DNA of 64,000 nt from Raillietiella orientalis. Taxonomy: Eukaryota. Each line of letters opens with the position of its first letter. Positions within the stretch are counted from its first letter, which is position 1. The notes beneath the pieces are model-generated. The model did not search any database. It saw nothing but the letters and a program-made list of their open reading frames with translations, and had not been told where the DNA came from. Below, piece after piece: positions 53,601 to 64,000 of this stretch. The stretch covers positions 806,001-870,000 of the forward strand of contig JAYWIR010000006.1 in NCBI GenBank assembly GCA_036172245.1. Reading direction: 5' to 3'. The position numbers and the translations under genes were made by a program.

Positions 53601-56600
53601 CTGTTTTCCCTTCAAATGCAAACACGTTTGTAACAACTTTTCCAATGAATCTCACTTATGATTTTCTCAAAGCCTTCAGCAACAGCCATAGCAGAGTGGC
53701 GGATGCTAATCAGTACAACACACATTCCGTACATAATTATTACATCTTGGAGTCTGGATGGCAAACGACTAACAGAGGAACGGGGTCAGGTAGTTTGTAC
53801 GAGTACTTTGCTTTCGGTATTTTCGGCTACTGTACATCGGATTACTGCTGAGTTGATTGCCCACATCTTGGCATTGAAATTTCGTACGCAAATGACGTCT
53901 TTCCGGTTTTCTTTTTAGAAAGAGTGGATGCCAAATGCCTACTCTTTTGGTGCTTTCCAGTAGTTGTTTCAAAGAAATTAACATGAATATTTTAAGGCAT
54001 AAATAAGAAAAAAAAATCCACTGAAGCTTTTTTTTTTTCTCTCGCAGAAAAGGGGGGGAGGGGGAAAACATTTCTCAGCTGATTGGAGAGATATGGAAGG
54101 ATCACTCAGTATTCCAGGGACACGGTAAATGATGGGCTTTACCCCTTCACAAAAAATCTACAGTCAAAGAGCTCACCGACAAACATACCAGCAAAAACGA
54201 AATTTACAGTACACACTTATTTTCTCTGAACAGATCCAACAGCTAGCAGGAACATTCGATTAATTACCAAAATGGACAGAGATAAATACAGAGAAACGAT
54301 AAGTTTTCGAAGTGTGTCGTTGCAGAAGCAAAAACAGATACGAGTGGCAACGTGGTGGTGACTATCTTGAAAAGCATTTGACATTCTGATCGGAAATCTC
54401 AAGAAGAATTCTGCCAAGGAGAGCTGGAATGCCTCTCTCTCGAAACCGACGGCGATTCCATTCGCTTAATGCACGCGACAGGGAAGTTCTTCATCCACGG
54501 AACTGCGAGTGTGGCGGCAGATAATCCAAGGCGCATATCAGGGAATGCACCAATTCCATACCTCGCTGGAGGGTGAACCGAATTTCACGGAATGGTACAT
54601 CGGAAACTTCAGTCATCTCGAAAGACCTGGTGTTCCGATCTGGAGCTATTTCGGGAAATCTGCTCCAGCGTGCACCGGAGCAGAGAGGTCCTTGAGGATT
54701 CGCAACGGGCTGAAAAAGTCGACAAACGAGTCCACAAGAGTAGAGGAATAGCTGCGGCGGCCACAGGTAAAGGGAGGTGGTCGGATGGCCAGCGGCTGGT
54801 TGCGATAATGAGGCAGAATACGCTGGCCTTTATCTCCTCTCTCGAAACCTCGAACACGACAAATATTGTGCAAACATTCACGTTCAGATGCATCAAGCCG
54901 AGATGCTTTCTGCTAACTCGATCATGCTGGTTGCTACATCGGAGATCACAGATGCAACGTGAACGATTTCATCCGTTTTCACAAGATGTTTCCTTGCTGG
55001 CTGCAGTAAATGGAAAGCTCGAAATTTTTGAACAAATTCGCAAAGCAAAGCACTTTGAAAACGGCACTTTTTTCTGGAGGAACCAAAAATGCCCGAAGAT
55101 ACTACACAAGCTGAGAAAGTGTTTTCAGAGTACAAGGAAAACGAACACTGAGGGAACCTGACGTACACGACAGGCATGCAGACAGAAGAATGATTCTCTC
55201 ATCTTCGGTTTGCAGCTCGGAAGATCGCGTTGCAGAATGAATTCCTCGAAAATGCAACGGAACAAAGCTGCGGATGCTGAGACCTACTGCTACTTCTAGT
55301 ACGGACTTCGGTGCGCAACTGGCGATCCTCTCCTCGCGAAGAATCGATTTTTCGAATGAAGGACTTTCGTATTCTTTCTCGCATGGTACGACGGACGCTA
55401 AGGGTTATTTTTCGTTTCATCTCAGGCAAAACGGATTGCGAAGGAGCTGCAACGGATCTCTAATCTGTTCCTTTTCGAATCCTGCATATGCAGTACCGCG
55501 AGAGTACCTCTTGCATTCCTTCGGACCGAACACCGGACAAGACGCACACACCAAGTGGAAACTGAAACTTTGAGGATCGCAGTGGTAAGTTTTGCTTCCG
55601 GTTATCACCGTTCCATAGACTGCACAGGAGAGAGAGAGAGGAGAGAGAGAAAATCCGCTTGACGAACTTTTCCTCATGCTCAACAAACATCCCTACATCT
55701 TACAACAAAATCCATATGGGGATGCTTACAAAACACACACAAAAACCGCATCTTGAATAATTAAGCTATACGCACAATAATAATCGAACTGTCATCCTCT
55801 GTTGGTACAGAGATGGGAAGCGCAGCATACGCGTCCAAAGTAGTTACTAAGTTATTGATTCTTCAGCGAATGAGGGTTGCTCGAGATTCCTTCCCATGAT
55901 CCGACGGCGGCGGTAATGAGCAAACCTTAATTTTTCTGGGATGTGCACGTGTCCTCGATGCCTGCGATGCGTTGTGCAAAAATGTGGCCGAAATGAGGGG
56001 CACTTCCGTATCCGTACGAGACCACGACAGAGCACACGTGCACATTGGAAAGCCATCCCTCAAGATCAATTTTCGTTAGGCCAGAAATGGACCACCTTCC
56101 ATTTGTGGTAGAAGCAGCAATTTTCCTCTGTGCTCTATTCTTGCATCCACGATTAAATTTTATTACGTCCAATTTTTTTTTTTTTCCTTTTTAAGCGCAC
56201 TTCTCACCTATGGAAGTGGCGGTTGTGTTCCAAAACACGAGAAAGCGACCAACCCTCATCACATCACACCGGCGGCGCCAGGAGAAAATTCATAAACCCA
56301 AAGAAGGTCGAAACTCTTTGTCTGGGGTACGAAACACGATTGTACACCCCCCCCCCCCCCAAATGCTGATATCCAGAACGCCATTTTGCCCATATAAATA
56401 GACATTCTGTGTGGCGCTTCAAACCACTTGTATATTTTTAAACAGACTCGAAATGCAAGATAAAACTAATGGAATGTACGCAACTGTTCCATTCCACAGC
56501 CAAAATCTGTCACGGTACTGTACAGTGCAGCACATGCAACCGGCGGCACACAGTGGACGACTAGAAAACCGTATTCTGTTATAAGCATAATGTAGTCCGT

Positions 56601-58296
56601 GGAAATGTACACAATCCGTGCGAAGCACATTATGTACAGAAAAACCAGGGTTTCCGTGATCACGAGACAGGAATTTGTATTGTGAATGTGGTGTGAAAAG
56701 AAATCACGTCAGCATTTTTTTTTTTCTTTCTTTCCGGTCAGCAGAAAGGCAAGGGGAAAGAAAATACAATTCGTTTTGTGCCATCACTTATTGATTGGAG
56801 AACGCGATCGGTACACTCGCATTACGTGGTCACCGAGAGTACACGTTATTTCTAAACATATAAAGCCAGTTTTTCCCACATGAGAACGTCACGTGCAGGC
56901 GATGACCTGGATACAACAAAAAATATGTTAAAAGGGCACAGCTTTTTTTTTTTTTTTGTACTCTTTTTAAGGTCATTAAATTGGACAAGACCAGCGATTG
57001 GCTCGGCAGGAACATCCGCAAGACCGAAAATGCTCCGACACCCACGGACACGATTCCCACCGCCAAGCAGAAGCCAAGTGGCTAGGAAGCAAAACCTTCC
57101 CTCCCCGACTGTGGTTTCGTGGTTTTCGCTGGGCCCCGACCTCCCTGCGCATCAGTGGTTAAAGCCACTGCTGCGAAGTCACCTGGCGGAATGGGTGTAC
57201 ACAGACAGTCCGAAACGACCACCGCATTGCATGCCTGTACATTCTTCCTCTTTTTTCACCAAAAAAAAAAAAAAAAACAAATCTTTGATCATTTAATGCG
57301 TGGAGACTTTGTAGATGTGGATTTTTTTTTTTCGAAAGCATGCAAAAAGTCACTGCACGGCAGCTTTGGAGCCAAGCTCGCAGGAAGTACACTCTGGCGC
57401 TCGCTCGGGTACAAAAGTTTGGAGGGTGGAAGAAGATCAAATGCAGGAAGCACGGAGCGAGGAAACGTCCGAAATGGAATTTTCAAGGCGACGTTCCACA
57501 AGGCAACAAAAAACCGATCTTCCCCTCGATTCGACTAACAGTTCCCAATCGGGTGAAAATGGGACCCCCCCCCATTTTTTTTTTTTTTCTTTTTTTCTTT
57601 CTTTCTTGTATTGGATGCGACGGTCTGCATGGTCTTCCAGGTGCAAAAATTGAATGGCTGCTCCATGAAGGAAAAAAAAATTCCCGCTGGCGAGGAGGAC
57701 TCATCCCGGCCGGGGCTGGGTGAAGGATGCCCGAAATCATTTGCTCGTCGGGAGATGCCGATGGGATTCCAGCGATGTTTTCCGCCAGCCTTGGCAACCC
57801 CAGATGGAACCCCCTCCCCCCGGAAATTTGGCAAGTCCGACGAGCCAAATTAGCAATCGGAATATTACTCACGTAATGATCGTCAACTCGATGACATTAT
57901 GACCATCATCCCGGTTCGCTGCCATATGTGCACACCCAGCCTTCGACATTTTTCGACAGACACATTTCCGGCATGTCGACGAGGATGATAATCATTTCGT
58001 TTTCGCGTGCTCCCTAACAACGTACAACAAACAACTCGACTACGTGTACACCACTTCCAAGACGGATCCTCGTTGTACTTTGAAGAGGGGGAAAAAAAAA
58101 AAAAAAATTCCTGCAGCTCTGACGAATATATGCTTTTTCGGGCAAAGTTTACGATTCACCATACAATTTTTCGGCTTCCCCCGTGCTTTCGGCCTGTGTA
58201 CTGTTCGATATTCAGATTACACTTGCTTACCTTTTCCTTTGCTCTACCAGCATGTTTCTGTACAGACTTGGAAAACGTAGCACGCACGTCAGCCAT
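44645..58296 (-). CDS. Amph: Amphiphysin/BIN1 homolog (N-BAR + SH3); exons 58296-58231, 45714-45388, 45334-44645 (1083 nt, 360 aa)
   Basis: Exon 1 encodes the H0 helix MADVRATFSKSVQKHAGRAKEK and ends at a GTAAGC donor. Exon 2 begins LMQNLGKADRTTDENF after a TTCCAG acceptor. A 53-nt GT-AG intron joins ...QFADIR to KRIDKRRRKLIDYD... The C-terminal SH3 is GVLYRVRAGYRYKAEDVDELNL...QEEGWLMGIKE...KGLFPANFTRPI*, closely resembling insect amphiphysin. Confidence 0.95.
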
Positions 58297-58538
58297 CTTC
58301 AATTGACCCATACTAACCGAACTATAAATATTGCGTTACCGCACGATGGTGAACGACACGAGCGCCAACTGGTGTCGCCAAGATTTTATACGGAAGATGG
58401 GAGGAAAGATGTAGGTGAATGGCTGCAGGTTACTAGCTGCTCTGGCAACGGCTCAATAAGGTATACGCTAGTGGCGCAAACTTCCATATACGGGAAACAA
58501 CTGCCGATGAATCACGGTCGCCCCCAAAAATTCACAAA

Positions 58539-58544
58539 TTTATT
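58539..58544 (-). terminator. Candidate polyadenylation signal AATAAA for STT3B
   Basis: Canonical hexamer about 77 nt after the stop codon, within the short gap before Amph exon 1. Confidence 0.55.
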
Positions 58545-58620
58545 TCGGAAATTCACAAATTCACGAATCGCAATGTTCATGAACCCCGGGAGCCATTTGT
58601 TGACAAGTTGCGGAAATTAA

Positions 58621-61600
58621 TTACGCGGAGTTTTGTGGTTTTTGACCTTTGATGACTGACGGTCTGTTTTTGACGGAACCAGTTTTCCTTTTGGATGTCT
58701 GGAATCAATAACAAATGGGTAAAAAATCCGGAACACAAGCGTACTGACTTTGTGAGAAATGTAATAACGTCCTCTGGGCTTGGTTGTTCGATTGGCCAAC
58801 GGAATTCGCACCCGATTAAATTCATGTGGCTTGCGGACCCTGAAACATACAGCTTATTTGGGCCAAACGAACTGGCAACACACCTGTAAACACGCACTAG
58901 CCAGTGCTCTGTGGTGTAGGCTTCTTCCAGGTACGTTAGCTGGTAATTAGGATTGCCAATTACAGCTTGGCGTGTGTGATCAAATCCTGGAGGCGAGTGG
59001 TGATTGCCTTGCACCCGACCAAACTGATGATAACTAAGCTTGTACATAAGACAATTGAGGAGGGCAGGTGCTCCCTCAGCATCTACACGAAACTGCCCTT
59101 GGGCTGTGAAATAGTCTGTCTCTCTGATATCATTGGGATGTTCTCCTTCAGCAATGCGAACCATCCATAAAAATTTGTTGATATCATCACCTGAATAACC
59201 AATGAGACCACCAAATATGACTAGTACGTAGTCAACATCCAACATAGTCATTATTTTATAAGCTGTTTTCTCATCAGATGCCATGGCTTTGCCCACTAGG
59301 GCAATGTGGCTATTATTCCATGTATTATTGTCAACATATGTTGTGCGTCTGCCCATTCCTGCTATCTGGTAGCCATAGTCCCACCATGACATGATGCGTG
59401 CAGCTGGTACTGTGTTTTGTGCCAGCCAGTAATATGCCTCACGAAAGTCATCCAAAATAGTACGTGACCCATCTCTTCCATATGATGCCAGCACAATACT
59501 AGGACTAGAGTATGCATTGGAGGTAACCCAAGTGCAATGGATGGCAAACAGAAGAAGGACTACAAGGGACAGCATGGCTACTGCCATGCGAATGTTAGCA
59601 CCCAGTTCATCAGATGTCTGGGGTTCTTCATGGCGCATACGACGTAGTTTTCCAGCCTTGTCATACATGCGTCCGGAACCATTGTCTTTTGGCTCCTGCT
59701 TGGCAGCACCTACTTCCTGTCTAAGATAGGCATCAAAGAGAGAGGACAAAGAAATGGCCGCCAACACGCATACAATGGGAGTCAAGGTTAGAATAAGACG
59801 CACCATCACTCCAGCAAAGTAAGCAGCACTGACAGCATACAACACCACTATGGCAACAATGAAAACTAAGTCAATCATACCAAAGACATCTTACCAAAGA
59901 CTCGCAGGTCTGATGGCTTTCTGGCACAGTACCACAAACCTGCTGGGAAAGCAGCTGCCAACACATGTAAGTCAAAAAACATGGAAAACCAAGTAGTAGG
60001 TTGATGTTCACTGACGGAGGTGATTATGGGGATATGCTGTTTTGCATAACCAGTGTCCCACAAGGAATAAAATCTTCCACTCCAGGGAGCCACCACACCC
60101 ATCCATGTTAATGCTACTATAGCAAAGAATACCAATGCAGCAGCCACAATAGATCCCACAACAAACAAATGCTGCAGGTGGAGCCATGAAGATCGACTGC
60201 GTAGGTAATATAGGAAGCCAACAGCATGTAACAAGAAGAACACTCCTATTGATGCCATGTGCTCTGAGGTGCGTAGAGGTTGGAAACCAACAAATGGAAC
60301 TTGCATGCTGCATAACAGTCCCAACACATAAAAAGGAGCATAGGCTACATATAGTCTAAGGGAGTAGCGACCTAATAATAGCAGTACAAACACATGTAAT
60401 GGTATCAGGTTGATGATGAAAACGTAACCACCCCAGGCTGATACCTAGCAATGCACAAGATCAGTAAATTGAAAAGCAGTCAAAGCACTCACCATATAAA
60501 AGTAGGCCAGAGAGGTTAGCACACACCAAAATAGTGATCCTGTCTTCAGAGTGCGCAACTATGTTAAATCTACATAATATATTAAGAGAATCTTTTCAAT
60601 TTACCCATAGGAAAAAAGTAAGAATCAAGGCAGGAATAGCAATGCCTTCATTATCATAGCTTCCTGCCACTGACCGGCTAATATATCCAGGAACAATAGC
60701 AATGAAGCTTGCAGCCAAGAGTCCTGCTCCAGGTGTCCAAATCTCTTTGGTAAACAGATATGTGGCTAATGATGTTAAGGCACTAAATATCGGTGCCAGG
60801 AATACACATACATCTCGTATATGTATTGGAATATGCAATGAATTGAGAATGTAATGAATTGCTCCAGACGTAACCATGAGTCCTGGAAACACTGTTCCTC
60901 CCACAATCCTTCCCAATGGGAACCATGCTGTCTCATCAAACCAATTGAGAAAGTTGTAGAATCCATGCTTTACCATATATGCCGTAGCTCTATAGTTAAA
61001 CCTAATTTTTGCACATCAAAATTTACAATGAATACAAATTTTTATGTCATTTCAAGTTTGTACATTGAATTAAATTCAAGCACACTGTGAAAAAAAACTG
61101 AATCATGCTACATGTGGAAATTTAACATCTTCTGAAACATTTTCTGATTTCATTAATGCAATTCCATCACAATACTGTTATGCAATAAAAATTTAATTAT
61201 CTAACATAATAATGATATTTAAATACTTATATGTGACAAAAAATTGCCACCAAAAAAGAAAATAAAAACAAATTCAAAGTAATTCTAATTTGGAATTCCG
61301 GTTTTGAAGGCGGGGCAAATCTTTGGATATAAAAACGATTTTTTCAGTTAATCTGAAAAAAGTCTCTTCAAAGACAATGTGTCACTTTACTCAGTCAGAA
61401 ACTAAAAGTCACTTCGGTCACTTCAAACAAACCACAAGTAATGCTACGTTAAAATCACATCACTAGGATGCATTTAACTATTCTTCTCTCTTACTCCTTT
61501 CAGAATCAGGGCAACGAATACTTCACTTACCATGGATCAAATTCATGTATTATACTTTCAAACCGTATAATGGCAAACAGTCGGCTTGAAAACGCTGCCA

Positions 61601-61763
61601 CGCAGGCGAGAAATAATATAGTGAATGATAAAACAAACTGCAGAGCTGAGTGGTTTGACGTTATAATGGAATTCATATTCTTGGAAAACTGGGGCCATTT
61701 CACATCAGCAGCTTCCCCCTTTTTCGGCTTGACATCCGCCTTCTCTTCACTGACTTCTGTCAT
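58621..61763 (-). CDS. STT3B: Dolichyl-diphosphooligosaccharide--protein glycosyltransferase catalytic subunit STT3B-like; 7 exons: 61763-61531, 61001-60605, 60558-60493, 60444-59895, 59847-58884, 58839-58749, 58698-58621 (2379 nt, 792 aa)
   Basis: Hallmark motifs read directly: [73 protein letters not shown]. All six introns are GT-AG (529, 46, 48, 47, 44, 50 nt) with matching phases. The basic C-terminal tail ([10 protein letters not shown]...[18 protein letters not shown]) and the YFAGVMVRL segment favour the B paralog over STT3A. Confidence 0.96.
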
Positions 61764-61968
61764 AACCAACGCTTTTCAATCTCTGTGCATAATCAATCAA
61801 ACCTCATTCTTCGAGGATCTGCTAAACTCCTGCAAAGTTTCAATATTTAACTCTATGCAAAATACTGAATTCAGTGTATTTAAGCTGTGTTTTGCGCCAC
61901 GTGTACAGCTTGCATCAAATTCATGGTTTACCGTCACCGAGCGCCTAGGACGGATACGGGAACGCACT

Positions 61969-61976
61969 TATCGATA
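61969..61976. promoter_or_regulatory. DRE-like palindrome TATCGATA in the STT3B upstream region
   Basis: Exact DREF/BEAF-type core about 205 nt upstream of the STT3B ATG. This element is typical of housekeeping promoters in Drosophila; function here is inferred. Confidence 0.45.
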
Positions 61977-64000
61977 GGACTCCAAGCAAGACATGTTTCG
62001 TTCGTAGATTGAATTCAGGTGTGCCAAGTTCCACCTTATCTCCAGGAACGAACATACAAGTGTATTTGATGTAAGTCGTTGTATTCAAAGAGAGAGAGAT
62101 TTCGTGAGCGATTGTATTTATTGATGTGCTGAATTTCCGATGGAAACATATTATTTTTTCTTTCGAACTTATATGCCTTGATTTTATGCTCATGCTGTTT
62201 TTCGCTCTTCCACGAGGGGAGGGAACAGTTCTTTTACCACATAAGATTCGCATACGGAATCGGATTTTGCAACCAAAGAATGAACGGGAGACAGAAAATT
62301 TTGCTTCACGACCAAATCTTTGCACAATCTCAATTTGCATTATGTACATAATTACTTCCAGAGACTACATTGCATTATTATTGTGGATTCTCTTTCTTTA
62401 GAGTAGGAGAATTTCGGCTGTAAGAATACTTTCCGCACTCGCACATTCTATTTATATGTTGGAACCCTATCTATTGGTTGACAGTTTTTTGAAAATAAAA
62501 GGATCTGTTTGAATGCAAGACCTGCTTATCAGAACAAATTAACTTGCACTACCTTTAATTGGAAGAAACATCTTAAAAAATACATGATCGGCACTATCTT
62601 TGATTTCATTTCAATTTGTTTCCAATTTCGTGATTTTCGTGATATCTCACTTGAAAACTGACTTTTTATTTATCAACTTTGCCGCCATGATGTGCATTCA
62701 AATGCAAAAACACATACCGTTCCTTATGCCAATTCTTACTTGAAACGTTGTTACAGAATATTTTGTAAACTGTCAGTTTTCGTTGATCACGTTTGCTTCC
62801 AGTTTTTGCAGATTCCCAATTAGAAGCACAGACATTTTTCAAACAATCGTTATTCCAGCATTTCAGTCCCTAGATCCAGTTTTCCAAAAAAAAAAAAAAA
62901 AAACCAGCAATTTTCCTCCTGGTATCTTTCGAGTTTGGAAAACATGCAACTTTATGTTCCTTGGAAAGTCTGCGATATTTTCTAAAAGATGTTTAAAACA
63001 ACTGCGCGATTTAACTTGCTGTATTTTATTTTTTTGCATTTTTTCTTTTGATATATGTACCTGTGTCATTATGAAGATGCGAATGAACTTTTGTAATGCA
63101 TTCAACAAACCTCAACAGGTATCTAAAAACTCCAATTTCTCATTTCAAGCCTTTTTAGTAAAACAAATATGAAAATACATAATTTGCTTATTATCTATAT
63201 TGATCTATCCATGGGGCGATTTCGCATCACTCATACACCGTGTGAGTCATTTGTGATGAGATTATTGTTATTTGTTCCATCAAGTTGTAGTGCTTTGATT
63301 TGAGATAGACAGTGGTCAGGAGAACTGAAGATCTGAACATCAAGTTTCGTCTCTCCACAACTTCAAACCCATCGCCCACATTTCTCTTAGCCTTGAGAAG
63401 ACATCTATGCAACTAAACTCAGTACAACTGTCTGTTGCAGTGGTAGTGAGTGAAAATTCGCATACAGAATGATGCAAAACTGATGAGCAAACAAATTACA
63501 TAAGAAGGAACTTTCGGAAGATGCGCTCGTGAAATCTGTGTTTTCACTTGGCACGTATTTCTGAAGACATCAGTTTGTTTCCATTCCAAAAAACTGCATT
63601 CTTTGCCTTTCACCATAGAGGAAACACACACATAAGGCAACTTGGTGACCGCAAAATTAACTCCCTTACCGTTTCTAAGAAGAAAGGCAGTGGTGTTTTC
63701 TAGTTGAACACCTCTTTGATTGCGGTGCTCCGTGGAACGCATGCACTCCACAAACTGTGCCGTAGAAAACACACAGCTGCATGTATGGTTCCATGTCTTA
63801 TTCCGACACGATTCTTGGAACGAATTTGTGTGCAGGATCTGTGGCCAGTACCAGTGTATCACGAGCCTCTTATCTTGTCTTCCAGCTGACCGATGTTTTG
63901 CACAGACAATGCAAACGAGGAATCATCTGCGCAGATGAGCGCCCGGTACATTTAAGTTGCTGCGAAAAAAATGATGGTGAATGACACTATCGTTTAGCTT

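Noticed and set aside
58577..58883. Unusual C-terminal extension of the STT3 ORF in the ORF track
   Set aside because: Read-through into introns; splicing restores the conserved STT3B tail
62000..64000. Possible gene divergent from the STT3B promoter
   Set aside because: No recognisable coding exon within the window; cannot be supported without the adjacent sequence
1..64000. Prokaryotic systems (CRISPR arrays, operons, IS elements, rRNA)
   Set aside because: The sequence is intron-containing animal DNA; no regularly spaced repeat-spacer array or dense ORF packing is seen

Overview
Eukaryotic (animal, most likely arthropod) genomic DNA with spliceosomal introns. The ORF track is mostly noise or exon fragments. 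Three spliced genes can be rebuilt by hand with GT-AG introns and consistent phases. (1) STT3B oligosaccharyltransferase catalytic subunit: minus strand, 7 exons, 58621-61763, 792 aa. (2) Amphiphysin, N-BAR plus SH3: minus strand, 3 exons, 44645-58296, 360 aa, with a 12.5-kb first intron. (3) An unrecognised secreted protein: plus strand, about 968 aa, probably 23420-44445. Its only four cysteines match a CUB domain that appears split by a cysteine-free insert of about 800 aa rich in basic convertase sites; this is the most unusual feature of the window. Also present are a 5'-truncated L1/Tx1-like LINE with a 19-bp target-site duplication and a 3' hairpin instead of poly(A), a degenerate dispersed repeat family, and a strong CpG mosaic. 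One CpG-depleted block at about 15-16.7 kb has no recognisable gene. No rRNA, tRNA, CRISPR or prokaryotic features were found. All domain calls come from recalled family motifs, not database searches.
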